Shown here in pieces: positions 26,082 through 39,149 of a DNA stretch of 64,000 bases. The translations under genes and the position numbers were made by a program. Where the stretch lies: assembly GCF_006345805.1 (NCBI RefSeq), contig NC_042998.1, forward strand, positions 49,476,001 through 49,540,000, written 5' to 3'. The notes beneath the pieces were generated by a model, which had not been told where the DNA came from, made no database searches, and saw only the letters and a program-made list of their open reading frames with translations. The stretch comes from Octopus sinensis (lineage: Eukaryota). Position 1 is the first letter of the stretch. Every line of letters begins with the position of its first letter.

Positions 26082-28800
26082 AGGGAGACGAGCTGGAGAA
26101 AGGCCCGTTTGACAAACAGCAATCACACCTGTTCACCACTTATGCAGAATATCTGGAGATGCCGCAGCCTCAGCTCATGCCTGTGCATCATTAGCCACAG
26201 CATATCCAGCCCTCCGCATAGAGGATGTTGGCAGTAGATAGCCCTCCTCACCAATGGAATCTTTCCCCTCAGCAAGAATTTGCAGAGAAGGCGCTTCAAC
26301 TTAGCGTGGGGTGAACAGGGGCAAGGCACGACGGTCAGGCGGTAGTAGATGACGGATACGATGTATTCATTCACCGCCGCTGCCCGACCTTTCAGTAACA
26401 GCTTCCTTGCAGTCTATTTCTGTGTGAGACTGGCTACCCTGCTCGTCACTTCGTCCCAATTTTTATCCACCTGCAGGTCTGATCTGAACCAAACTCCAAG
26501 CAACTTTACCGGTCCGTCTGTCGAGCGCCAAACGACGCTGTTGGACGGCATGGACTTACCTCTCCAGGTGCCAAGTTGCAAGCCCACCGACTTTTCCGGA
26601 TTAAGTTTTGCTCCTGTCAACTTTTCATATTTCTCCAATGATGTGCCGACCACCTCAATTTCTGATGTGTCCGATACCATCACGGTGATGTCGACCGAAT
26701 AAACCGACACAGCCCTTCCGCGCTTCGGTTCGAGTGAGATGCTCTTCAGTAACTCCAGCTTCTGCTGTAAAGGCTCAAAAGTCAATTCGTTCAGAAGGGA
26801 GGAGAGAGGGTGCCCTTGACGGACCGATCGGGAGATCTTATAGGGTTCCGAGAGGTGGCTATTAAGAGTTTTGATCTCCTTTCTGATGAGTACGAAGTTG
26901 GGTGTTTTGTGTTGGTGTTGTTTTATTTGTTTGCTTGACTGTAGTGGTAGTGGTCTTTATTGCTTTGGTTGTGTCTGTGTTTACTGTGAGTGTGGTATCT
27001 GCAGTTCCTGATGTTTGTGTGAGTGTTTGTTCTTGTGTCTGTTTAGCTTGTTTGCGTTTGGGGGATTCTAGTGATAGTGATGGCTTTGGTTGTGTTGGTG
27101 TTATTGAGATGTTTGCATGGGTGGTGTCTGTATTTTTTATTGTGGGTGTTGTTATGATTTGTGGTGTTTTTCTTTTGTGCCTTTTTTTGGTTCTTTTTTT
27201 TTTGGGGGGGGGGGTCTTTTGGTTTTCCTTCATCTTTACTAATGGAAGATGAAGGGTCTGTGACTGTGTGTCTGTGTGTATGTTTATATTTTTATTTATG
27301 TATATTTTTTGGTGTGAGGGGGTGGGAGAGCTTTCTTCGTTGCCCCTAGGGTAGTTAATATCTTTGGTAGTGTTTCGTTTGTTGTTGCTGGTGGTGTTGC
27401 CGGTGTTGGTGTTGGTTGTGGTCCTTGTCCCGGCGTAGGCAGCAGTGGCGACCTTCGACCCCTTGTACCTTCAGTCAGTTGAGAGCAGATAGCTCGCAAA
27501 TGAGTAGTTTCTCCACAAACGAAACAAGGCGGCCTTCTGCCCTCAGTCATTATGTGCAATACCGTCCCGTTTTGGAGATGGATGTGGTCCTGGATTCTTT
27601 TGAAGTTTTCGGGCCTGATCTGGAGAAGTATCTCCAGATCCACCCGGGACCAGTCCTCCCTGGCAGTTTTTGTCACCTCTATCGGGACGGTATCTGACCC
27701 TTTCTCGATTATGCATCTCAGAAGCCATCAAATGTCAAGTCCTGGTGGAATCCTGGGAATGCAGACATACGCTATTCATTTCCCCATATGGCATTGGTAC
27801 ATAATGGCCGTGTTGGTTTTTCAAAGGGTCACTGAGTGCTTCATAGCGAGGGTTTCTGACTTCAAAAGCACCGAAATGGTGTCGCATTGTCTGCCCCTCG
27901 CTATGTATTCGGTATCATATCTGATACATCTCAGGGCAGCTTTAATATCTGCTTGTGCAGATATTAAAAGGTTTCTTTGACTGCTGAAATGCATCCGAAA
28001 TGAACCAGTTTTTTTCCCACTGTTTCAGTTGCCTCTTTTGATATGGTTAAGTTGGCCCAGCTTTCTTCAATATTGATAAGCTTCCAGGCTTCTGCCAACT
28101 TTTTGTTTTTGTTCGTGAGGTCTATGCTGTAACGTGGTCTTGTTCTGGCCGCTGTTGCTGCGAACGTGTTCTTGTTGTTGTTGTAGGTAATATTGGTATT
28201 GTTCTCGTTGGTGTTGATTTTATTGCTACTGCTGCTGTTGTTGTTTGTTGTGGTGGTGGGGTTGCAGCCCCTTATTTTGTTGCGACCATCACCGCTACCA
28301 CTGCTGCCTTCAATTTCTTCTCTACCATTACTGTTGTTGGTTCTGCTGCCACCGTCTGTGCTGCTATCACTGCGACTGCTACTGGTATTATTGCCGTTTT
28401 TGTTTCTGCAACTATCTGTCTTAATGTCGCAGCCTGTGCTGTCTCCACCCCCACCATCACTACTACTTCCGCCACTTCTACCATTGACACCCTTGTCCCT
28501 GCTGCTGTTTTGTTGTAACTAATTTCATGAATTTTGCACAATTTCACATTGCTTACGCTGCTACTGTTGTTGGGGGTAAGTGATATGAGGGGGGAGTCTT
28601 CTTCTGTGGGAGGGCTGGTTGTTGGATGGCTTTTCCCCTTAGCGCTTCCATGGTTGCTAATACCGATGATAATAATGATGATGACGACGATGTTTCTTTT
28701 TTTTACACAATGCAATGGATAATTAAAATGTATAAGTAAATACTGGTCCTTACGGGGCAGAAATAGCCACCGAAAGCCTATCAACAGATTCTTAGTCTTC
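26082..28800 (-). mobile_element. Tx1/L1-clade LINE, degenerate, internally deleted
   Basis: ORF1 with EGRRPPCFVCGETTHLRAIC knuckle. ORF2 piece SVRQGHPLS, GAKLNPEKS, KLLGVWF, HPLCGGLDM. Confidence 0.8.
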
Positions 28801-28913
28801 TTATTGTCAGTTTATAAGAAAAATTAATCACATATATTTGTACAGACAGTGTGAAAAACACAGTTTAAGCATAACTTACGAAGCGTGTTCGAAAAAACGT
28901 CTTACATATCCCG

Positions 28914-28914
<1 letters not shown>

Positions 28915-28997
<83 letters not shown>

Positions 28998-29005
28998 TAA
29001 TAATA

Positions 29006-29050
<45 letters not shown>

Positions 29051-29248
29051 TAATAATAATAATAATCCTTTCTACTCGGAAGCACAATGCCTCAAATTTA
29101 GGAGAAGGGATTAAGTCGATTACATCGATCCCAGTGCTTAACTGGTACTTATTTAATCGATCCCAAAAGGAGGAAAGGCAAAGGTCGGCCTCGACAGAAT
29201 TTGAACTCAGAAAGTAGCGGCAGACGAAATACCGCTAAGCTCGCCGCC

Positions 29249-29282
<34 letters not shown>

Positions 29283-29305
29283 TAATAATGATAATTATAA
29301 TAATG

Positions 29306-29355
<50 letters not shown>

Positions 29356-29365
29356 TAATAATAAT
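28915..29365. repeat. (AAT)n microsatellites flanking a SINE-B copy
   Basis: Directly visible. Confidence 0.9.
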
Positions 29366-29717
29366 GAGATTTCTAATGTAGTCACAAGGCTAGTAATTTT
29401 GAGAGGGAGTGGTTAGTCAGTATCATCAACCCCGGTATTTGACTGGTACTTCATTTTATCGGAGGGTTGGACGACAAAATTGACCTCGGCAGGATTTGAA
29501 CTCTGAACGTAAAGAACTAGAACAAATACTGTAAGAGATATTTTTCCGATACATTTTTGGTCCTGCCAATCCACTTTTGGTTCTGCCAATCAGTTTTGCT
29601 TGGAAGGGACGCATTCCACTGGCCAGATGGTCCATCTGTTGCCAGCGCTCTACGAAGTCATGCTTGACAGGCAATGGCTGCTAAAGCGCAGACATGCACT
29701 AAAGCTATTATGTATAT

Positions 29718-29992
29718 CAGTGATTCTCAATTTTTTTCAGGCTGCTGCTTCCTTAGACTCCAGGCCACATTCCTAGCGATCCTAATTCACCGTCACAAAC
29801 ATAGACCATTTTCTGCAGCAAATTCAAAACAACTGTATATCATAAATAACACTTAACCCATTATTTTGGGATTTTTTTACATCCATCACCCACCTTTGGT
29901 CACCCCATTATCACCCCCACTTTTGTTCAGCGTCCACTTGTATTTTTTCACTGTCTCAAAGGAGGCAGTACCGCCGACTTTGGGAACCACTG
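29718..29992. mobile_element. hAT (Charlie/Buster-like) MITE
   Basis: Ends cagtgattctcaa / ttgggaaccactg; 8-bp TSD atgtatat/atgtatac (7/8). Confidence 0.75.
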
Positions 29993-30650
29993 ATGTATAC
30001 CTTTCAGAAAGCCCTGGTCTGGCAGTGCTACCAAGAGGAGCTATATGAACTCTATAGACAAGGTGACAAGTGTGACTGTTCGAGATGTACGCAGGGCGAC
30101 GAAACTGTACACACACAGACACACACACACACACACACATACACACATACATATCTACTTGTGTATGTCCTTGTGTCTGTGTTTTTCTCAACAACCCACC
30201 CACTGACCGCTTGACAACTGGTGTGTTTACGTTCCCGTAACTGAGCGGTTCGGGAGAAAAAGACCGATAGAATAAGTACTAGGATTAAAAGATAAATCCT
30301 GGGGTCGATTTATTCGACCAAAACTCTTCAAGGTGGTGTCCCAGCATAGCTGCAGTCTATTGACTGAAACAAGTAAAAAATAGAAGATAAACGACAAATT
30401 ATAAACTGCTCTTGTAATGCACACCACATCAGACGAAGAACAAAGATGTAGGGCGAGCAACTAAAAGAATAACAGTCGCTAAGAGGATGCAAAATGAAAC
30501 CAAGTGACCGAAATATAAAAAAAATATTTCGTAACGCAGGCAACATGAGACGAGTATAGTGTTGCAGGATGCAATAAATGAATAACTGAACACTTTCTGA
30601 AAAACATTACAAGAATTATTCATCGGAGAGTTTAACGTAATATATCACTT

Positions 30651-31076
30651 GGATCTTTTTGGTTTGAACGGCAGTTTTTTCTAGCGGTGTCATATGAAAT
30701 TGTCACCCATAATTATGACCCTAGTATCGATCTATTGCATTTCAATCTATTTTAGGGTTAGGGTTAGAGTTAGGGGTGGGGGAAGGGTATCTTTTTTTCT
30801 TCACAAATGTAAATAAACCCAATCTGTTTCTTAAACGAAGGACATTTTCATACGGCACAGAATATTTTTTTTACCGCAATGGACGTCATTGATTGGTTGA
30901 AATTTCAGAAATTGAAGAAAAAAAAGCAACAGATATCTTACAAACTATAGAATTTTCTCAATAAAGCCAAGAGAAAAAGATGTTTTATAAACACATTCTA
31001 CCAGTATACGAAGTTTAAAAGTGTTTAGTTACGTGGAAATTATTTTAAAAAACTGCCGTTCAAACCGAAAAGATCC
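30651..31076. mobile_element. Merlin-type MITE, copy 3
   Basis: Same TIR; TSD tatcactt/tatcagtt (7/8). Confidence 0.85.
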
Positions 31077-31678
31077 TATCAGTTTTGTAAAGTAAGGTAT
31101 TTTCTTGCTGAGAAATCCAGCAATGGTTTATTTAAGGTGAAGATTAGATCCACAGCGCTTATGCTTTCTGTAATAGCTGAAGCATATTAGGAGACACTCA
31201 ATTTTTGAAATAATATTAATTTTACAACTCGTCACTTTCGTTTGCTTCAATATAGACTGAAATAAATGGACCACGTGGTCGACTTTCCTTTTGTTTTCGG
31301 GTGTATGAGCAATTGTAAAATAACCTCAAACATCGCAATTATAGAAAGAAAGTAAAGAATGAGGAGCGTGCAGCATTTTGAATAAATCGATACCTAATAG
31401 AAACAATAAGAATGAAAAAAGCGCCAATTTTTTTTTTATCAAATCATACCAATAAAATAGAAGGATTTAAAAGGAACCGAAAAATAATGTTCCAATACTA
31501 AGCACAGGTGTGGATGTGTGGTTATGAAGCTTGCTTTCCAATCATGCCGCTTTGAGTTCAGTCCAACTGTGCAACAGCTTGTGCGAGTGTCTTTTACGGG
31601 CCGACCAAAGCCTGACCAAAGCCTGATGAGTGGATTTGGTAGACGAAAACTGAAAGGAGTTCGTCGTATATCTATCTA

Positions 31679-32675
31679 GGATCTTTGTGGTTTTCGTCAC
31701 TGTTTTTACAATTTTGTTCCAATTGTTTTCAAATTTGGTATATGGATTAAGTTTTGTATACTAATTATGAAAATGAAATTCATTTTCTCTACAAATCCAC
31801 AATTAAAAAGTTATTAGCCTTTAAAATTTGCAAAATTTGGGTATTTTAACCAATCAAAAGCGAATATTTTACACATCACTGTGGCAAAGAACTGTTTTCT
31901 TAGTAACCAAAGATGCTGCGCATGCGCACAAGGAACGTAACCACCAAACTAAGTGTAATCAACAAATTGAGAGTACCTGGGCATCTTTAAAGCGTGGAAA
32001 CAAACGCCAGTGTGGGACACACCGATCCATTGTTGACATTTACATGAGAAAGATAATTTATTTTATAAAATCCTAGAGTGTAATTGCAAACTTTCGTTCT
32101 TGAATTTTTAAAACTTATAAATGTCTGTTTTTAGCAATGTTTTGATTGTTATTTCTAGCAACTCCTGTTGGTTTGTCCATAGCTTTTAAATATTCAATTT
32201 GCTCGCGAATGTTTTTCACTGTTTTCACTGTTTACTTTGCTCGTGTATATTTTAATTCTTTGACTGTTATTTCTAGCAATTCCTGTTGGTTTGTTCGTAG
32301 TTTTTAAATATTCTATTTGCTCGTGAATGTTTTAATGTTAGCTTAGCTCATGTTTATTTTAATGTTTTGACCGTTATTTCTAACAACCACGAATGTTTTC
32401 ATGTTTTCCTGTTTACTGTAGCTAGTTAAGTGTCTTGACATGCCGATGCCCCCTTCCCCCATCGTTGAAGGAAGAGGCAGCGAACGCGCTGTTTTCTGAT
32501 TGGCTGAAAATTCTGAAAATTATCAAACTTTGAGCACCTCTAACATTTTTTCAAAATTTTTCTGGAATAAATGAATACCAAATTCGGATTCAGCGTCAAA
32601 AATTACATCTATACGATACATTAAAAAAATTTTTTTAAAGATAATTGTAAACAGCGACGAAAACCACAAAGATTC
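31679..32675 (+). mobile_element. Merlin (IS1595/IS1016-like) deletion derivative
   Basis: TIR ggatctttgtggttttcgtc; TSD tctatcta/tctatata. Residual ORF 31828-32076 has QQIESTWASLKRGNKRQCGTHRS, typical of the IS1595-type transposase C-terminus. Confidence 0.8.
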
Positions 32676-33071
32676 TCTATATATCTATGTGTGTGTGTCT
32701 GTGTTTTACTCCCGCCACTGCTTGACAGCCCGTGGTGGTGTAATTACGTCCCCGTAATCTAGTGGTTCGGCAAAAGAGAACGATAGAATAAGTACTAGGT
32801 TTCAAATAATTATATGTCCTAGAGTCAACTTGTTCGACTAAAAACCCCTCAAGGCGGTGCCCCAGTATAGCCGCAGTCAAATGACTGAAACAAGTAAAAG
32901 ATAAAAGATACCAGAAAAGGTTTTATAGAATGACAGAGTGGCCGTACGCTGGTATATCCTGGGGGACCGTCTTTAAAGGTTTTAGCCGAACAAATCGACC
33001 CCAATATTTTATGTTTTGTTTAAAGCTTTGTACTTAATCTATTGTCACTTGAGCACAAAAAGAAACTAGCA

Positions 33072-33108
<37 letters not shown>

Positions 33109-33227
33109 CACATATCTCCCATATGTATGTATATATATATATATAGGAGTGGGTGTGTGGTAAGTAGCTTGCTTACCAACCACATGGTTCCGGGCTCAGT
33201 CCCACTACGTGGTACTTTGGGCAAGTG

Positions 33228-33735
33228 TTAGTTAGTTAGTTAGTTAGTTAATTTGGCTCAAAAGCAAATAGCAAGGCCATGTAGGGGGACATGGAGTTAA
33301 GTACAGGGTGGTGTTCATGTAAAGAGTTCAGGCCACTTGAGGCCAAGGGAGGCTTTGAACAAAGCGGTCGTCGGCATCTTCACCATCTCGTCTGGCAGCT
33401 TGTTCCACGGATCCGCAACCCGGACAGAGAAAGCTCCTCTCCTTCGATTGAGATGAAATCGTCGCAGGTAGAGCTTTTCAGAATGACCCCGCAGCCGACG
33501 CTCTGGAGCAGGAGTGAAGAACAGCTCTTTCGAGAGGTTACACTTTCCGCTTATGATGTTGTGGGTGAGAATGAGATCACCACGGCGGCGGCGTTTTTCA
33601 AGAGAATAAAGGTCGAGCGTCCTCAGCCTTTCTTCGTAGGACAAATTTTTGAGACCATGAACCATGCGGGTAGCCAGCTTCTGGACTCTTTCGAGATGCT
33701 GTATGTCTTTGAGGAGATAAGGAGCTCACAAGACC
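33228..33735 (-). mobile_element. CR1-clade LINE 3' fragment with (TAAC)n tail, inserted in SINE-A
   Basis: SPYLLKDIQHLERVQKLATRMVHGLKNLSYEERL..SLEKRRRRGDLI..FSVRVADPWNKLP. Confidence 0.9.
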
Positions 33736-33790
33736 AAAGCCTTGTGAGTGGATTTGGTAGACGGAAACTGAAAGAAGCTCGTCGTATATT

Positions 33791-33878
<88 letters not shown>

Positions 33879-34397
33879 TAATACTAAGCAATAAGGGTTT
33901 AGCAACGAATTGCCTTACCACAGACCGAATTTAGAAATAGCAGTCAAAGAGTTATGCTATTTCGTCTACTAAAAAGGGAGATCTCAGTAAAAACACTGCT
34001 ATTTCTAAATTCGGTCTGTGGTAAGGCAATTCGTTGCTAAACCCTTTATTGCTTAGTATTACTTAAATTTTCCTCGAATGAGGCTTTTCCATGCCGAAGA
34101 CTACTTGGTGTAATTGATAATTATTCCAAATTAATTAATTTCACCCTTCATTATATATATACATACATGTGTGTGTGTTTGTGTGTCTGTGTTTGTCCCC
34201 CCCAACATCGCTTAACAACCGATGCTGGTGTGTTTACGTCTCCGTAACTTAGCGGTTCGACAAAATAAACCGATAGAATAAGTACTATGCTTACAAAGAA
34301 TAAGTCCTGGGGGCGATTTGCTCGACTAAAGGCGGTGCTCCAGCGTGGCCACAGTCAAATGACTGAAACAAGTAAAAGAGTATATATATACACACAC

Positions 34398-34700
34398 ACC
34401 TTCTGCTCGACTTACGACCTATGCGACTTACGGTCATCCACATATACGACCATAATAAATAAATAATCAATTTTTGGACGTTGGAAAGCTGCGCGTACGA
34501 TAACTATGGCAGCATCTGGCAACGCAAGCCGCCCTCAGACCCAGGTATCCACTGGCTGCCACCGTCTTTCATGCTGTCGCTTTCAAGCATCAGCTACGTT
34601 TGAATAAAAGTAGTGTTGAAAAATACTAATCCGACATACGACCAGATCGACTTACGATCTATCAGTCGGAACGGAACTCGGTCGTAAGTCGAGGAGTAGG
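34398..34700. mobile_element. pogo/Tigger-type MITE
   Basis: Ends ctcgacttacgacc / ggtcgtaagtcgaggagtagg in a TA context; internal cgacttacga subterminal repeats. Confidence 0.65.
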
Positions 34701-34822
34701 TATATATATATACGACAGGTTCCTACACAGCTTCCACCTACCAAATACACTTACAAGGCATTGGTCGGCCTTGGGCTATAGTGGAAGACACTTGACTGAA
34801 CTAGACACCACATGGTTGCAAG

Positions 34823-35140
34823 TGGAGGCACATGGACTAGTGCTTAGAGCTGCGTACTCGCGGTCGAGGGATCGCGGGTTCAAATCTCAGACCGGGCGAT
34901 GTATGTGTTTATGAGCGAAGCACCTAGGCTCCACGCGGCTCCGGCAGAAGGTAATGGCGAACTTCTGCTGACTCTCTCGCCACAACTTTCTCTTACTCTT
35001 TCCTCCTGCATCTTGCTGTTCACCAGCGACGGACCGGCGTCCCGTCCAGATGGGGAATCTATACGCCAAGGAAACCAGGAAACCGGCCCTTATGAGCCAG
35101 GCACGGCTCGAGAAGGAACAAACAAACAAACAAACAAACA
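34823..35140 (+). mobile_element. tRNA-derived SINE family D with (AAAC)n tail, inserted in SINE-A
   Basis: Exact 13-bp TSD acatggttgcaag (34810-34822 and 35141-35153); A/B-box-like head. Related elements at about 47365-47610, 50478-50725(-), 55375-55660. Confidence 0.8.
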
Positions 35141-36031
35141 ACATGGTTGCAAGGCGAACTTCTTAACCATACAGCTATGCTTTTGTCTACGTGCATATTT
35201 TACAATTAAACTTTCAACACCAAAAATGTAACTACCACAAAATGTATTTATAAAACATTCGTTGAGGAAAAAAAAAAAAAAAGAAGAGACGTGAAATAGA
35301 AATAAATTTAGATTTCAACACACTTGAAGATAAATTTGGAATATATCAAGTTTTGAGGGTGTATACTTTATAGTGCTGTATACTCTATAAGTCTAGCTAT
35401 TATATTCTTTGGTCTCTGATAATCAAGGAGAACATCATGCTCTCATGTTCTGTCTCTTGAAGATTAGTGTCTTGCTGATTTATATCAGCAACACCCGTCA
35501 AAGGAATGTTCTCTTCGAAACGCTTCCGCTTTCAGAATACGGTTTATTTAGAAAGATATATAGTTAAAACCCTAAATATATCAAATATAGAAATAGAATA
35601 TTTGCATAATGAAAATTCAATGAATAGAATACAAACAACAACAAAGATGAAAAATATAAAAAAAAGCATTGAATCTATGAACACCCAGACCATTAATTCC
35701 TGAAGAAATACCTGGCACAAGCAAAATAAGCAAGTGGAATTAATAAAATCTAAATGTATCATACCTGCAAAAAATATGTAGCAAAAACGAAATGTGAATT
35801 TGAGGAAGATGATAATCTATGGGAAGAGGTAGTTCTTCTTTTACTTCTTTCAGTCATGTGACTCCGGCCATGCTGGAGCACCGCCTTAAAGAGTTTTTAG
35901 TCGAAGAAATGAACCGCAAGACTTATTCTTTGTAAGGACTTATTCTATCGATGTCTTTTGCCGAACCACCACATCCGTTGTTGTCAAGCGATGGCGGCGA
36001 ACACCAACACAGACACAAACACACACAGACA

Positions 36032-36098
<67 letters not shown>

Positions 36099-36768
36099 AC
36101 ACACACACATACATACATACATAAATAAAAACATATATATATATATATATATATACGAAGAGCTTCTTTCAGTTTCCGTTTACCAAATCCACCCACAAGG
36201 CTTTGGTCGGCTCGAGGCTATAGTAGAAGACATTTGCCCAAGGTGCCATGTAGTGGGACTGAACCCAGAACCATATGGTTGGAAAGGAAGCTTCTTACCA
36301 CTGATCTACACCTGCGCCTTTAAGTTATTAAAATTAATGGAAAATCTTCCTATGGACCAAGGAAGATTTCTACTTGGCCACGAATTCCCTATAAACTGGA
36401 CAAAAGGTGCTGATCAAAAAGAAAAAGAAAGAAGAAGCAAAAGTAAAAAAGAAACAAAAATAGCGTTTTTTAAACAAAATCCCAAAGTTTCCAATGGAAA
36501 ACTATCCAAAACATAGTAATGTAGATGAAAATAGAATAACTCAAGACTGTCTGCTATCTTTTACTTGTTTCAGTCATTGGATTGCAGCCATGGTGGGGCA
36601 CCGACTTGAAGGGTTTAGTCGAACAAATCGACTCCAGTACTTAAAGCCTGGTACTTATTCTAGTAGCCTTTTTTGCCGAACTGCTAAGTTACAGCGTAAT
36701 CAAACCAACAGTTTTCAAACGGTGGTGGGTGACAGACACAGACAGACAGACAGATACACACACACACG

Positions 36769-36825
<57 letters not shown>

Positions 36826-36826
36826 A

Positions 36827-36875
<49 letters not shown>

Positions 36876-36884
36876 TGGTCTCAA

Positions 36885-37420
36885 ATCTACATTGATGTCA
36901 TTTCAAGCACGTGTTGTGATACTGAAACAACAGTAGAGGGAAAAAAAACTCGTAACTATCTTGTCCAAGTCTGTGAACATGAAACTAAGAACATAACTAG
37001 GATGGTTCATGAACTTGAGGAAAGGTACGAAGTAAAAGCTAATACAGCTCTCTCCTTACGGAGCATTGGTAAAATCTATTTATCAGAACAACTGAATAAA
37101 TAAAAGAAAATGTACCAGTTTGCTGAGAAGATAGTACATAAGTACCTGATACGAAAAACACAAACCATAGAAGGAACTGATCATGTCAAAAGCTTGGCAT
37201 GGAGTACCGACAAGTTTATGCCATCCCACTTCGTAGTCTACATCCATGGAATCCAAGAACGAGAGATCGTCACTAAGTACTTACAGCATAAAAAGCAGAA
37301 AACTTTGACAGACAACAAATGTAGGCCGTGCTAGACCAAGACTGAAGACATCAACCACATGATTGCTAACTATGAGAGAATGTCTTCAAGATATCTTCCC
37401 ATGTGGCATGCAACAGGATA
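36885..37420 (+). mobile_element. REL-type LINE fragment (second family)
   Basis: SHFVVYIHGIQEREIVTKYL..NKCRPC..EDINHMI..MSSRYLPM. Confidence 0.7.
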
Positions 37421-37661
37421 CATAGCAACACGTCTGGAGCAAAGTTTGGCTGAACTTGGGACCTTGTGGAGAGAACGCAAATTCTTAATTCAACGCTACA
37501 AATGATCGCGATGTATGGGACTAAAAGAATCTGTAAGAGCTTAAGATTTAAAGGATGGTGGTTAAAACAAGATGCTTTCCTTCACAACATTGCTATCAAG
37601 TAGGTTGCCGATCAAAATTTACTCTAAATTAAAAAGATAAAGATAACATACATACATACAT

Positions 37662-37739
<78 letters not shown>

Positions 37740-37917
37740 TTCATGCATTTGTATACAGATACATGCGCACACACGCACACATACACGCATCGAAATTAAT
37801 GTTTGTTTTTATGTCGAGTTTAATTTAAAAGCAATTTAATATTAATCTGAAAGATTACTCTATACTTTGCAGTAGTGTGTGTATGTCTCTTCTATTTTTT
37901 TAATCATTATAAATCTC

Positions 37918-38805
37918 CCACTGAGGAGGGAGCCGGTTTCCAACAAAGATACAAGGCTCCATCTTTAGGATATAGTTAACACAGACACATTCACATTTGG
38001 AACTTGAGAAAAAGTCTTGCATATTTTTACTGTTTCACTCACAGATTGCACTTGTACGAATTAGCCAATCGATTTCTCTTTCTGAAAATCCCAGTTGATT
38101 CAGATTCTCCTTTAAGCATTTACTAACAAAACCTAGTGCTCCAATTATTATTGGTATGAATATGAATTCATAGTCTGGATATAGAAGCTGAAGATTTCGA
38201 AGCAGTTGTCCATAGATATCCTCTTTTTCTTTGAGTTTCAAAGAGATATTTATATCTGCAGGACAGCTGACCTCTATGATGGTACATGCCTTTGCCCCTC
38301 CGTCCTAAACAATATACGGCCTGTTATGCTTACATTTGACAGAAGCTTTGATGGGAATATCCTACCAGTATTCCTTGAGTTGGTGTTTATGAAGGATTTT
38401 CTAAAGTTTATTTCAGGACAGTCTTTTTTTGCGGATGGCATTGTAAATTGTTTCAGCAACAACAATGCGCGCATAGGGAGGTAGTACCGTGACGACATTT
38501 TAGGACAGCTGCTAATTACATGCGTGATCTCTTCTACAGAAACATGACATAGCCTACACATGCGGTTGCACCTTGGGATTACAAGACTGTCGCTGTCTCT
38601 CTTGTTCACCAGGTACTTTGTGGTAATCTCTTGTTCCCGAATTGCAAATGCATAGCCTTCAAAGTGTGATGTGATGTAGTGATCTTGTGTCCAAAAGAGG
38701 CTGCACTTTGTGTCAATTCTACTGTTTTCTTCAAGCTTTCGGCAACATACCCATGTATAGTCTTTTCTTTTTGTATGCCGAGTGCTTTCCAGCAAGGTCT
38801 TCTCT
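37918..38805 (-). mobile_element. REL-type LINE 3' fragment (second family)
   Basis: SHFEGYAFAIREQEITTKYL..CRLC..HVISSC; EVSCPAD..KEDIYGQL..IPIIIGALG. Confidence 0.78.
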
Positions 38806-38823
38806 GAGTTAAGAGAGCCCCCC

Positions 38824-38864
<41 letters not shown>

Positions 38865-38865
38865 G

Positions 38866-38920
<55 letters not shown>

Positions 38921-39109
38921 TCGAGTTTCAGTTTCAATAATTTGTTATCGAAGAACGAAAGAATAAAAAAAAAGTAATAAAAAATAAAGGTTTATAGGAA
39001 AATGGCCTACTGAAACTAAAACTCGAGTTGTGATAAGGACTATCAATTTAAGTTTTATTGAAGAAAAGCCGCCATGTGTTGTGCACACTTTATTCATCCG
39101 ACATAAATC

Positions 39110-39149
<40 letters not shown>

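Noticed and set aside
35536-35828. Exon-like boundaries (tttcag| ... GAG|gtagtt)
   Set aside because: Stops in all three frames.
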